The position numbers and the translations under genes were made by a program. Below, piece after piece: positions 1 through 12,818 of a stretch of 64,000 nucleotides of DNA (position 1 is its first letter; each line of letters begins with the position of its first letter). The DNA lies in assembly GCA_043228905.1 (NCBI GenBank), contig JBHGNT010000112.1:18118-82117 (forward strand), in the 5' to 3' direction. This DNA is from Azolla caroliniana. Its lineage: Eukaryota > Plantae > Polypodiophyta. A model generated the notes under the pieces. It was not told where the DNA came from and did no database searches. It was given only the letters and a program-made list of their open reading frames with translations.

Positions 1-3000
1 AAGTCGAGCTTGCTAGATGAGGAGGCGCGTCGGAAAGATAAAGATACGAGCTCCGACTCCAAAGCGCTCCTTACCGAATCGGAACGCGGAAGACATAGAA
101 ACCGTAGTCCCCAGAACCGGGAGAAGTCGGGGACACGGTCAAAGTCAAGGGGGAGGCCCACTTGCTTCTATTGCGGCAAGCCGAGACACTTCCAAAAGAA
201 CTGTCGGCATTTCCGAAAAGATAAGGAGACCGACGATACCGATTCGAAGCGAACCCCGGACCGGAACGGTAAAGACCGGAGGGGGCCAGACCGGAAGGGA
301 ATGACGGCAATCGCGGCAAGTGAAGAAGAGTTGATGCTCATCACCGAGGAGAGTGAGATAAACCTTGCCGGCGACGAGATGACCTAGGTGGTAGACTCCG
401 GAGCATCGTTCCACCTTACCCCGGACCGGAAATGCTTCTCATCCTACTCAACCGGTGACCACGGCTGTGTCCGGATGGGGAATGAAGGTACATGCCGAAT
501 TGTTGGCATAGGAGACGTGTGGTTGTCAACACCAACCAGATGCAAGTTGCTGCTGAGGGATGTCTGACACGTTCCGGAGGTTCGTCTGAACCTGATATCA
601 GCCGGTCAGCTAGATGATGAAGGCTACACGGGTAGCATCCGGAACGGTGTCATGAAGTTCAGCAAAGCGAGCCTGATTGTGGCTCGGGCCCAGAAGGTCA
701 ACACACTGTACCTGATGAATGCCCGGTTATGTCCGGAGGAAGTGAACGTGGCATTCGACATTGTCGGTGAGCTGTGGCACAAAAGGCTGTGTCACATGAG
801 CAAGAAGGGGATGAAGAGGCTTGCAGACGACAACCTCATTCCAGTGAAGAACGTGCACTTGGAGAAGTGCACTGATTGTCTGGCCGGTAAACAAAACCAG
901 ACCTCCTTCCGACCAAGGCCACCGATGAGACGTAATGCACCACTGGAGTTGGTGCATACGGATGTGTGTCAAGTAGACACGAAGTCACATGCCGGAGCGC
1001 AGTACTTTGTGACGTTTATAGATGACCACAACCGGAAGCTGTGGGCCACACTGTTGAAGACGAAGGATCAGGTGCTATTCGTCTTCAAAGAGCTCCACGC
1101 GAGAGTGGAAAGAGAAACCGGCCGGAAGCTGAAGGCGGTTCGAGCAGACAACGAAGGAGAATACCGGGGGCAGTTCGAGGAGTACTACCGCTCGAAGGGA
1201 ATCTGGCTCGAATCTACCGTGCCGAAGACGCCGGAACTAAACGGACTTGCCGAGAGGATGAACCGGACCATAATGGAGAGGGTCCGGAGTATGCTAGCGC
1301 ATGCAAAACTACCCAAGAAGTTTTGGGCTGAGGCATTGTCAACGGCGACATACGTGATAAACAGATCACCCTCAATACCCTTGGACGGAGACACGCCACA
1401 GAGAGTATGGACCGGTAAGGAAGTGTCCTACCGGCATCTAAAGGTGTTCGGGTGTCTCGCGTACGTGCATGTAGCAAAGGACCGGAGAGGAAAGCTAGAT
1501 CCAAAGACCCGGCCATGCATATTCCTCGGTTACGGTGACGATGAGTTTGGCTACCGAGTGTGGGACCCGGTCGACAAGAAGGTATTCCGTAGTCGAGATA
1601 TTATCTTCATGGAGGACAAGACGCTCGCCAACTGGGAGTCGGAGAAGAAGATAATGAACTCCGAGTCAACCGGTAAGGATAGACTCTACGATGACCAGAC
1701 CCAACCAGCAAGAGACCGGTTAGCACTCGAGGAACCAGCCGGTTACGGTGAGGATACCGAACCGGCAGAAGAAGAATAGAGGAAGCTGAGACCGGAACCG
1801 GCCTAGACCCCGAATCAGATTCGGATGAAGAGAAAATGGAGGAGCCGGCTACCGAAGCCCAAAGACGGAGATATCCTCTCAGAGAGAGAAGGGCCCCCCG
1901 GAGATTTCCGGATTCAGAGCATGTGCTGCTGACCGATGAGGGGGAGCCGAAAAGCTTCGAAGAAGCGAAGGATGACACCCACAATGGAAAATGGTTAAGT
2001 GCCATGTAGGACGAGATGGATTCCCTGCATGAGAACCATACGTACGAATTGGTGGAGTTGCCGAAAGGAAAGCGGGCACTCCGTAACAAGTGGGTGTACA
2101 AGTTGAAACCGGGAGATGCCGGCAACCCGCTGAGATACAAAGCCAGGATCGTGGTGAAGGGGTTCCAGTAGAGGAAGGGCGTGGACTTCGACGAGATATT
2201 GTCCCCGGTAGTAAAGATGACCTCCATCCGGACGGTGTTGAGTATAGCGGCAAGCATGGACCTTGAGGTAGAGCAGCTGGACATGAAGACGACATTCCTT
2301 CACGGCGACCTCGAAGAGGAGATCTACATGCAGAAACCGGAAGGATTTGTGGAGAAAGGGAAGGAGCACCTGGTATGCCGGCTGAAGAAGAGCCTGTACG
2401 GACAAAAGCAGGCTCCCCGACAATGGTACCGGAAGTTCGATTCCTTCATGACTGATCAAGGGTACCACAAGACGCAGGCCGATCACTACGTGTTTGTGAA
2501 GAAGTTCGAAGGAGGCGACTTCTTGATACTCCTCCTGTACGTGGATGACATGTTGATCGTCGGACGTGACCAAGTCAAAATATGGATGCTGAAGAAGGCT
2601 CTCAACCGGACCTTCTCAATGAAAGACTTGGGTCCGGCAAGACAAATGTTGGGGATGCACATCATTCGGGACCGGTCAAAGAAGCAATTATGGCTGTCAC
2701 AGGAGAAGTACGTGACAAAGGTGCTTCACTGGTTCAACATGTCAGAAGCGAAACCGGTCGGATCGACACTTCCGGAAAACTGTAGGCTATCCGATAAGCA
2801 AAGCCCGAAGACGAAAGCAGAGAAGGCGGATATGATGAAGATTCCATATGCCTCTACCGTCGGGAGCTTGATGTACGCAATGGTGTGTAGCCGACCAGAT
2901 ATAGGATACGCAGTCGGAGTGGTGAGCCGGTTTATGAGCAATCTCGGCAAGGAGCAGTGGAACGCTGTCAAATGGATACTCCGGTATTTGAAGGGCACTT

Positions 3001-4111
3001 CAAATATGTGTCTCCAATTCGGCTCCGGAAAACCTCAACTAGACGGTTTCACCGATTCAGACATGTCGGCTGATGTGGATACCAGCCGGTCTACATCCGG
3101 GTATGTAATGACATATGCAGGGGGAGCTGTTTCGTGGCAGTCGAGGCTACAAAAGACGGTTGTGTTGTCAACCATAGAGGCGGAGTACATGGCGGTTGTG
3201 GAAGCCGACAAGGAAATATTATAGATGAAGGACTTCATCGGAGAGCTCGGTATCCGGCAAGAGGAATACCAACTCTATTGCGACAGTCAAAGTGCCATCC
3301 ACCTTGCAAAGAATGCGGCCTACCATTCCCGGACGAAGCATATCCAGCGAAGATATCACACGACCAGGAGTTCGCACTAATGAAGATCCACACGACCGAG
3401 AATGGGTCAGATATGCTGACCAAAGTGCTGACACCCGACAAGCTAGACACATGCCGGAAGAGGATCGAAGTAGTAAGACACCCCATGCCGGAGTGAAGGG
3501 GGAGTTTGTTGGGAGACAAGTCCCTCCGGATGGTGCAGACCCGGTGAAGACCGGATGAGGAGTACCCGGCTACGGAGAGACGGATGGCGCAGACCCGGTG
3601 AGAACCGGATGAGGAGTACCCGGCTACGGAGAGCCGGATGACGCAGACCCGGGGAGAACCGGATGAAGAGACATATTCTTAAATATGTTTCAGAGAGTCC
3701 ATCGAAGCTATATTTGTAAATAGCCGAAAAGTCATATTAGTATAAATATGACTTAGGGCAAACTTTTATGTGGTTATTGTTGTCATTTTCTTGTTGGTGC
3801 AAGAAGAAGAGAGAGCACGTAACAGTGTACAGAGAGAGAGAGAGAGAGAGAGAGAAAGAGGTCGATGCCTCTGTTGTTACCGCCGCCTGTGGCGAAGATC
3901 GTGAGCACGAGGTCGTTACCTCCGTGAACTCACTGTTTTGTACATTCCAACATAGTGATAGTTTGCAGCCTGTGGGCTGCCGTGGTTTTTCCCTCAGTTT
4001 GGGTTTTCCACGTAAACATCCTGTGTACCTTTTCTTCTCCTTTGTCGCGTGGTTTCCGTTTCTTGTTTTCTGTGTATGAAAAGAATCTCGGTTGTGGCCG
4101 AGCGTTGGACA
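1..4111 (+). mobile_element. Ty1/copia LTR retrotransposon, family A (Tnt1/Tork-like), cut off at 5' by the window edge, disabled
   Basis: Gag zinc knuckle (CFYCGKPRHFQKNC), protease (VVDSGAS), integrase (ORF 652-1779; HTDVC..FIDD..ELNGLAER), RT (ORF 2181-3224; YVDDM) and RNase H in copia order. In-frame stops, e.g. TAG 385-387. PPT GAGTGAAGGGGGAG 3491-3504. Confidence 0.95.
3507..4111 (+). repeat. 3' LTR of family A copy
   Basis: Starts TGTTG right after the PPT and ends ..GGACA. CCGG-rich U3 repeats, TATAAATA, (GA)n, GGGTTTTCCACGTAAA motif and CTCGG..CCGAG end hairpin are shared with the other A LTRs. Confidence 0.88.
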
Positions 4112-4560
4112 TAAGGAGCGTTGAGTTCCCGTCAGATACGACACATAGAATTGAGTCATTTAGTCCCTCTTCATAACTTGTCAATGAAATAGCCTGATAA
4201 ATTTGGTAGTTAATTGTTTAAAAGAATCAAACTCACCCGCCTCATGCTATGAGTACCAATTCACCAACTGCCCATCGAGCGATAATCCGAATTCTGCTAT
4301 CTTAGATTTGTTGGCATCTGCTTCCGACAATCGTTGGCATACATGGTTTGCCTACCATGTCGTTGGAAAAGCGCATATATGTGCCTCCCCGTCGGCTTCA
4401 TCATTATAATTAGGATATGGATACATCATTGTATCCTCCTCCCAAACTTCGACTAAGTATTCCTAATCGAATTTTTCCTCGTCTAAACTATGGTCAGTAG
4501 TTAAATCGGGAAGTACTATGAACTCCCCCTTTGGCTTCTTGCTGGATTTGTTCAGCAAAC
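4112..4560 (-). pseudogene. Ty3/gypsy-type gag fragment (Retrotrans_gag-like), probable target of the family A insertion
   Basis: Minus-strand translation YPYPNYNDEADGEAHI..KIAEFGLSLDGQLVNWY..FDSFKQLTTKFIRLF with stops resembles a retrotransposon capsid. Confidence 0.55.
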
Positions 4561-4827
4561 TCTGAACTGTTGGAATTACCTTATGTGACGTGTTTTTCAT
4601 ATCATTATTTCTGCTTTTTCATACAATAAAGCTCTCTTTGTGAGCTTTCTTACAAATCTTTTCTTTTGGAATTTGATATGAGATGAAGAAGTTATGAGCT
4701 TTTTCCTGTACCTTGCTTTTTCTACGTTCTTTTTCTTTTTCTTTTTTCTTGGTTTTTCTATTTTTGAAAAATGCCTCTAACTTTATATCCCTTCAAGTTC
4801 CTTCCTCTATTAATACTTGATCCTTAC

Positions 4828-4906
4828 TTCTCTCTTTCCCTCACACATAACCCCCTTGGGAGGGGGGTGAAGCCATTCTAGGCTTCACCCCCCCACCCCA
4901 ACAACA
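4828..4906 (+). repeat. 3'-end fragment of the LTR family at 16519/19227
   Basis: TCTCTTTCCCTCACAC..AACCCCCTTGGGAGGGGG..ATTCTAGGCTTCACCCCC is nearly identical to 16803-16870 and 19526-19590. Confidence 0.75.
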
Positions 4907-5261
4907 CCGCACCCTGCCAAACCCTTCCCCTCCCCGCCCCACCCACCTAGGCGAAACGACAATGAGCTTTATAGTTAGCTCAGGAAGAATGGCAAATCAG
5001 TGCGATAGTCAGAACAATTATGAATGGGATTACTCGCCCCGACAAGATAGTAATAATCAACGACCTTATAGGGGTGGTTGATATCAAGATAATAGAAGGT
5101 CCAATAATCGTAGAAGTAATGAAGACAACCGACCATCAAATCAACGATTCAATGATAACCGAAAGTCGAAAGGATCTCGACAGTTCTAGCACGATTCTAG
5201 AATTAGAGATAACTCTGAATCTCAATATGCTCGCCAACCTCAGTATGAAACCAGACTCCTA

Positions 5262-7675
5262 ACATATTCCTGGGGTACTTGGAGGATGAATTTGCCTACA
5301 GGTTTTGGGACATACTCAACAAGAAGGTGGTGAGAAGTCGGGACATGATGTTCTTGGAAGACAAGACAATCGAGGATTGGAAACAGCAGAAGTCGGAACC
5401 GGCTTCTGAATCGACTCCCACTACTATCGACTCAGGATTGATCGACTCAACACAGTCAACTATTAGGAGACATCCAGTCGACACAACCGAATCCGAGTTG
5501 GTCAACTTGGAGCAACTGACAAATATAAATGAATCGAAGTCCTCTGACCTTCAGAAGTCAATTAAGGCATACGAGTCGGAGTCAGTCGACCTTCAACAAC
5601 CGATCGGCATATATGAACATGGGCCGAGTGAAGAGTCGGTAGAGACATCTGAATCGGAGCCAATAATGGGAAGTGGAAGACGTCCGAACCCTCACAATAT
5701 GCCAGTCAATATGTTTTATTGACTAATGAAGATGAGCCGGAATGCTACGAGGAGGCCATGGAAGAAGAGCGCAAGGAGAAATGGTAGAGTGCAATGCAAC
5801 ACGAGATAGATTCCTTACATGAGAACTACACTTACGAGTTGGTGGAACTACCAAAAGGTAAGAGAGCGTTGAGAAACGAATGGATTTTCATGCTGAAAAA
5901 TGGGGAAAATGGCTGCTCACCTAGATACAAGGCCCGAATCATAGTAAAGGGGGGTTTTAGTAGAAGAAAGGGGTCGATTTTGATGAGATCTTTGCACCCA
6001 CCATACAGATGGTACAAGATCCACACCAATGGTACAACAAGTTCAAATCCTTCATGTTGGAACATGCGTTCCATAAAACACAAGCTGATCATTGTGTGTT
6101 TGTCAAAAGTTTTGATGAAGGCGATTTCTTGATTCTCTTGCTATATGTTGACGACATGTTAGTGGTCGGACAAGACACCAAGAAGATTGCGAACTTGAAG
6201 AAAGCATTCGGCAAGTCGACCATAAAAGATCTTGGACCGACAAAGAAAATATTGGGGATGCACATAGTTTGTGACAGAACTAAGAACACATTGTGGTTGT
6301 CACAACAGAAGCATGTGACAAAGATCTTGGAAAGATTCAACATGTCAAAAGCAAAACCAGTCAGGTCTATGTTGCCGATTAATTGCAAGTTCAATGCTAG
6401 GCAATGTCCAAAATGGGAGAAGGACAAGGCCAAGATGAGAAAAGTAGCATATCCCACGGTCGTCGGTAGTTTAATGTATGTTACGGTCTATACGAGACCA
6501 TACATAGATTTGCAGTCGGAACCATGAGACGATATATGAGTAATCCGGGTCGAGAGCACTGGGAGTGGTCAAGTGGATACTCATGTACTTGAAAGGCACC
6601 TCAAGGGTAAACCTATCCTCGAAGGTGTTACGGATTCAGACATGTCGGGGGATGTAGACTCAAGCTAATCCACATTAGGTTATGTGATGACCTATGCAGG
6701 GGGAGGTGTCGTGGCAATCAAGATTACAAAATATTGTGGCTTTGTTGACCACAAAGGCAGCATATATGGTTGTTGTAGAGGCTGGTAAGGAGCTAATATG
6801 GATGAGGAGTTTTCTCAGTGATCTGGGAATGAAGCAAGGAGAATTCATGCTCCGTTGTGATAGTCAGAGTGCCATACATCTAGCCAAGAATGCGTCACTC
6901 TTGGACCAAGCATATTCAGAGAAGGTGGATGGAGGAGAGTTTACTCTTGCGAAGCTCCATACTGATGATATTGAATCCTACATGCTTATGAAACCACTAC
7001 TTATGGACAGACTCAAAGTCTATTGACAGAAGACAGGACAAGCCAACTCTACCTGTAAGGAGTGAAGGGAAAGTTTGCTAGTAATTTGTCCCTCCTATGG
7101 GAGATGTCGACAATCAAAGTCAAGCAAGAAGTCAACAGTCGAATCGACAAGCTGAATGCAAGATGGTCGATCGAATTGTCTAATGAGCCGACAGGGTGGT
7201 CGACTCGTTTGAAGGAGATCGAGAGTCAACTATGATAGTAGACTACATTGGACAGATGCCGACAAGTCGGGCCGATTAATTATTATTATATATATTATAA
7301 TAATATTAACATATCCCTCCTATAAATATGAATAGCTTGGGCAAACTTATTAGTAATGATGTGTATAGAGCTTCTGTAGTCGAGAGTAGAAGTTAGTGGA
7401 GCAAAGAGTAAGAAGAGACGCGCGCGAGAGAGGCATAGTTTAGTGGAACTAGCCCAAACCCTAAGCGGGTATTCTTTGTTTAGTAGAGATTTGTAATCTA
7501 TTTTTCTATTTGTACCTCTATTCATAGTGAAGATCTGTTGCCCATGATTTTCCCTTGTTTTAGGGTTTCCACGTAAATCCTGTGTATCTTGTTTCTTGTT
7601 TTCTATTTTGTACATTTTCAGTCTATCTTTCTTGTCTATCTACGGTCCAAATCTTAAGATTCACATTTCAAAACA
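5262..7675 (+). mobile_element. Older, heavily decayed copia related to family A (integrase end, RT, RNase H, 3' LTR ~7076-7675)
   Basis: DEFAYRFWD..VVRSRD, LLLYVDDML and VSWQSRLQ motifs with stops and frameshifts. Degenerate PPT at ~7059-7073. LTR has TATAAATA and GGGTTTCCACGTAAA. Confidence 0.85.
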
Positions 7676-7996
7676 GTACTAAGTTGTAACATAAGAATCC
7701 TTAACATGACAATGTCTAGTGATGGACATGATAACACAATACAAAGTTGTTAGTAAGAATACTAAAACATTTAGTGAGTAGACAATTAGTACAGATGCAA
7801 AATGGAGTACAGTACTAAGATGTTAACTTCGAACACTAGAAGTAGGAGAATTACTAATTGTATTTTATACAAACATTTTTATGAGTGTTCATAGAATATT
7901 CTAGTAGTGGTAGAAAACTAATGCAATAGGTAATGAATTATGAAGTATTACTACACTAGACATTGCTTTATAAGTACTAAACATAGGGATTAAAAT

Positions 7997-8400
7997 TCAC
8001 CTTGCAATGAAGTAGAATGACCTTGCCGCCTTAAACTACGAGGCAACACCATCACACCAAACCCAACAGTGATTGAAGTTAACACCTAGGGACAATAAAT
8101 CTGCATGGTGAAGCTTAAAAAAATGTTGAACAAATAGCGTATCATGCATTTTATCATCCGAAATGTAGAATATTGATTTCTTATGTAACTCACCATCTTG
8201 TCTGTAGTAGCAAATATGTACAAGTATTGTACATTGGTCATTGTACCAATGCATTGATTGAAGCTCATTTTGAACTTTAAACGCATAATTCTATGCAAAG
8301 TCAATAACGGATACCATAACATCTGGTGGTAAGTTATTTATACATTCCTTGATCTGTGAATTTTGCCAATAACTTCTAAAGTTATGCGGAATGAACTCCC
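7997..8400 (-). pseudogene. Degenerate DNA transposase fragment (DDE/D type, DFAENY..HW..SDD..HD..DG class; possibly Sola2-like)
   Basis: Minus strand reads VSVIDFA*NYAFKVQNELQSMHWYNDQCTILVH..ISDDKMHDTLFVQH..WVWCDGVAS*FKAAR. Superfamily assignment is from memory and uncertain. Confidence 0.65.
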
Positions 8401-8899
8401 CCGAGTTGCTTCTTAAACTCTAAGATAAGGGTATTTCCTTGATACACTTACTAACGAGTCCCTTCACTATATTTTCTGTCACATACTCCTAATATTTCCA
8501 TTTCACAATATGACTGTTTTGCACATTAACCTCATGTCTACAAAATAACAGTTGAGGGATAAATAATGTGCCATTATTGTAAAATGATTGTATATTTCCG
8601 TTTTAACCGAAACGAATAAAGGGAGGGGGGGGGCATGCAAAACTATTGAAAGCTCTTTTGCATGTAGACAACGCAGTCCAAGGAAGCCAATAACTACTCG
8701 TTCACACTTGTGGAAATGGCTCGAAGAATGTTGGTTAAAGATCTCCCTCGTCAAACTTCACAAAAGGAAGGCTTGAGTGTGTTGGTTAAAGATCTCCCTT
8801 GACAATATTGTTTCCACCAACCATAGCACTGCCACTGCCCACCTAGAACGACCAAGCAGTGGCACAAACATAAGTCTCTGGTTGAAAGAAATTTCTTGG

Positions 8900-10520
8900 A
8901 GAACTTCAGACTAGTGAGTGGCAAGACGAAGAAAGTGAGTGGCCTCAAAAAACCGCACCCTCCACTCCTTCAAAATCGGCATCCACCACCAACACCACAA
9001 AGGGTCGATAGATGGAGTTTGTGGAGCCAGACCTGCCCTGAGCCCCAAACCAAAACACCATTGTTTGGAGCGAAAAAACGGCCAAGACCTGGTGAAAGAC
9101 GGAGCCACAAAGCCGGCTAGAGAGGCACCGATCGAGTCGTCGGCAACAATTGTTCCAAACACAACAAAAGGAACCACACTTACCGGGAAGCTGGAATAGG
9201 GGTAAGGATCCTTAATTCAGGAAAATGAAGTCCTTGCTTTATCGGGAGATCTCGGTGTTAGCGCATGAATTCGTGGCTATCTTACAGTTCGACACGACAT
9301 TCTAACTAGTCGAATTCCTCACTACACAACAAGTCGCCACTGTCAGGCACATGGTCGAAGAACACGCAGAGTGCCAAATGATCCAGCGTGCCATTGCTAC
9401 ATTAATAAAGCAAGAAGAGAAGAATTTCTTGAGCAAGATCGGCGGGTAACGGCATGCAGACAGAGCCCACACGGCAGTTGAATTGTCAACACTACACATG
9501 GCCTTGGTCAAAGTGCACCAAGGGTTGGCTTAGGTGCGACTCAGAGCAAAGGACATGGCATACAAGAATAAGCAAGTGAGACGAATGGAGAAGGCGCACA
9601 AGCGGCAGATATAGGAGTTGCAAGAAGGTAACTACAACTACAAAATGCCGCAGAATGTTCCTCCATTAATGTCTATCGGGCATGACGCGAGGAGGTTGAG
9701 CCCCAACAAGCAATAATGGCCAAAGCAAAGAAATAAATGGTGTTGGTGGAAGCAGACATCGAGCAGTTCCAGTCCGAACTTTCAACAATCCTTGAATCGC
9801 GAGAAAGGTGTTCGGGCCACAGCCCCAAAAAATGCGAACTCCCTCCAGGACAAGCTCGACACGTTCATGATCACGCACAATCGAACCCTAACAGGCCTCG
9901 ACAAACGAAAGCACCACACACGCGGAGCAGACAATCAATGAACTTTGCGAGGCGAAATCAAAGCAGAAGGAGTGGTACAAAGAGCATATGGCAATTGAGA
10001 ATAAGTTGGCAGAGGAAATCCAATTTTGCGTGCGGATGGAAATGGCTCAGATGGAGGAGATGTACACCAAGGAATTGGACATCCTACGAACGAATATGCG
10101 CCTCATCTAGGACCGGTACACATTACAATCAAGACACGCCGCAAGCAAAATAATGCAACTTGAAGCAACCATCGAGCATATGTGCACGAAGACGGAAATG
10201 TTGGAGGAGAGGATCCGAACACTACTCGAAACGAGGAAAGACAATGCCCTCCAGATGATATCCAACAGGCTACAACGAGGTTGGGACGACTAGTCCGAAC
10301 AAGCTGCCGAACTCCAGATATTTCGGGTGAAAAAGGAAAATTGCAAGAAAAAAGGTTACGGGTTCTATAAGCTTGAAGAAGAGAGTGTCAGCATGCTCAG
10401 GGCACAACACTTCGCAGGAACAGCGCAGCTTCCGGAAAAATTCGGTGAAGATCAAATCGACTTCGCACTCGAAATGGAAGCATACGCGTTGTCGCGAAAA
10501 TACGACAAGGACATGTGAAC
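8900..10520 (+). pseudogene. Decayed coiled-coil-rich reading frame of unknown function, probably a retroelement accessory ORF
   Basis: Coding-like composition with E/K/Q/L-rich ORF pieces broken by stops and frameshifts. It lies upstream of two tandem arrays and the LTR at 12819. Confidence 0.35.
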
Positions 10521-10702
10521 TTGAGGCAAGACCCCGGGGCCTCCGACTAGAGGATATCACATTCGTGCTTTTATATTTTTACCAATTAACGGAAATAAGG
10601 AATTTAATAATTTTCATTAACGAAGGAAAAGAAATTACAATATGTCCCAAGATTGAGATTCAGAAGTGTTAGGTTTACTGAGATTAATAGAAAAGAAAAA
10701 TA

Positions 10703-11202
10703 AGGGGTTTTGAGAGATATGGCTTCTGTAGGGGAAATTAGGGTTTTTGAGTGTTATGGCTTCCGTAGGGAAAATTAGGATTAGGTTATACGAGAGACAT
10801 GGCTTCCGTAGGGAAAATTAGGATTAGGTTATACAAGAGATATGGCTTCCGTAGGAAAAATTAGGGTTTTTGAGTGTTATGGCTTCCGTAGGGAAAATTA
10901 GGGTTTTTGAGTGTCATGGCTTCGATAAGATAAGGGAGCTAAGAAGGAAAAGAAAATAAAAATGGAGAGAGGGGTTTTGAGAGATATGGCTTCCGTAGGG
11001 GAAATTAGGGTTTTTGAGTGTTATGGCTTCCGTAGGGAAAATTACTATTAGGTTATACGAGAGACATGGCTTCTGTAGGGAAAATTAGGATTAGGTTATA
11101 CAAGAGATATGGCTTCCGTAGGGAAAATTAGGGTTTTTGAGTGTTATGGCTTCAATAAGATAAGGGAGCTAAGAAGGAAAAGAAAATAAAAATGGAGAGA
11201 GG
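10703..11202. repeat. Tandem array of 11 monomers (~36-43 bp, core ATGGCTTCCGTAGGGAAAATTAGG) arranged as a two-block higher-order repeat
   Basis: Blocks start at ~10704 and ~10971 (6 and 5 monomers). Both end in ATAAGATAAGGGAGCTAAGAAGGAAAAGAAAATAAAAATGGAGAGAGG. Confidence 0.9.
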
Positions 11203-11482
11203 ATGAGTCTAGGAAATATATATATATATATATATATGGAGTTCTCCGTTGATCATAGCCTTCAATGTTACTTTGCATTCCCACTTTTAGTTGCATGGCC
11301 TCTACTTTTAGTTACATCCATTTTTAGTTGCATGACCTCTACTTTTAGTTGCATCCATTTTTCGTTGCATGGCTTTTTCTTTTAGTTGCATGCGACCGTC
11401 CACATGGCCTTTACTTTAGTTTTCTTTACTTTACTTTAATTTGCCGCATGATCCAATAATCCGTAAAGTTTAGCCCATGCTA

Positions 11483-12120
11483 TGATCCGTTCGGTCCGCC
11501 TCCGTCCAGTCCGGTTCCGGTTCTGTCACCGTCCGGTTCCGGTTCGATCGCCAGTTCCATCTAGTTGCCGGCACCGTCTGATCTCCGGTTGTCGAATCCG
11601 CCCAGTCTCCGGCTACCGAATCCATCCGGTCACCGATTGTCGGATCCGTCCAGTTCGGTTCCGATTCTGTCGTCGTCCGATTCCGATTCGATTGCAGGTT
11701 CCATCCGGTCGTCGACTTCGTCCGGTTTCCAGTAGTTGGATCCGCCCGGTCTCTAGTTGCCGGATCCGTCCGGTTGCCGGCTCCGTCCGGTTTCCAATTG
11801 CCAAATCCAGCCAGTCGTCGGTTGCTGGATTCGTCCGGTCATCGGCTCCGTCCGGTTTCCGGTTGCTAAATCTGTTCGGTCGCTAGTTTCCGGATCTCGT
11901 TCGGTTGCCAGTTGCGAGATCCTTCTAGTTTCCGGTTGCCGAATCCACTCGATCACCGGTTTTTGGATCCCGACTGGTTTCTAGTTACCAAATCCATCCG
12001 GTTTCCGGTTGCCGACTTTGCCCGGTCACCGGTTGTACACTGGTTCCATCTAGTTGCCGGCTCCATCCGGTTTTCGGTACTATCACCGACCAGTTTGAGT
12101 TCCTTCACCAGCCGGTTCGA
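11483..12120. repeat. Degenerate CCGG-rich minisatellite
   Basis: Recurring GGATCCGTCCGGTT / CCGGTTTCCGGTTGCC units; the overlapping ORFs are repetitive (CRIRPV..). Confidence 0.85.
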
Positions 12121-12818
12121 GCAACTTAGCCACTTCCAGCGACTTAGCCACATTTGTCCTTCTAGACAAAAGTGGCCCAAGCACAACTATTTCTTTTGTG
12201 CTCTTAACACATAGATGAAAAATGATGGTTCTCAATCTGCTTATATAGTTGTCTCCCAAAGTTTCCTATCTATGTGGGATACTTCAAAATTCTATTTTCC
12301 TTAACTTCTCAACTTCATGTCCACATAACTTGATATGTAGTTGTCCATTTTATATGTAGAAAAATGCGTTATAAAGCTCTTGAATATATCTATCTTCTCA
12401 TATCAATCCATTAAGCTAATCTTAAATACTTATTTTACTAGTTTTCATATCGTGTGTGAGAAACCACACGATAACGTGGATGCGGAAAAGGAGCAGACCT
12501 CTACTACAGAGTCAGAAATCATCCCGCTCCTCGATAGTGAATCAAATGAACAATCGTCGGATGTCCTTCATCCCACCAAGCCCGCACCAACCCTCGATGC
12601 GGAAATTACAGATCAGCTATTAGCCAAAGAAATTCCGGGGATGACCGAGCAACCGACGCAGCTTACGACCCCTCCCGAGCCACAACCCCACATGTCTCCG
12701 CCGGAAAATGAACGGATTGAAGAAATCGATGAGCCGGATCCAACCCAGACCCCAAACCAACAGCGCGAACCGGAATCGACTTCGACAGAGCCGAACATCC
12801 CATAGGCGTGGGTTCGGC

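Noticed and set aside
10735-11140. Interstitial telomere
   Set aside because: Only isolated TTAGGG motifs within longer monomers; no (TTTAGGG)n run.
11482-12214. Arg/Pro/Ser-rich ORFs
   Set aside because: Translations of a GC-rich minisatellite with few stop codons.
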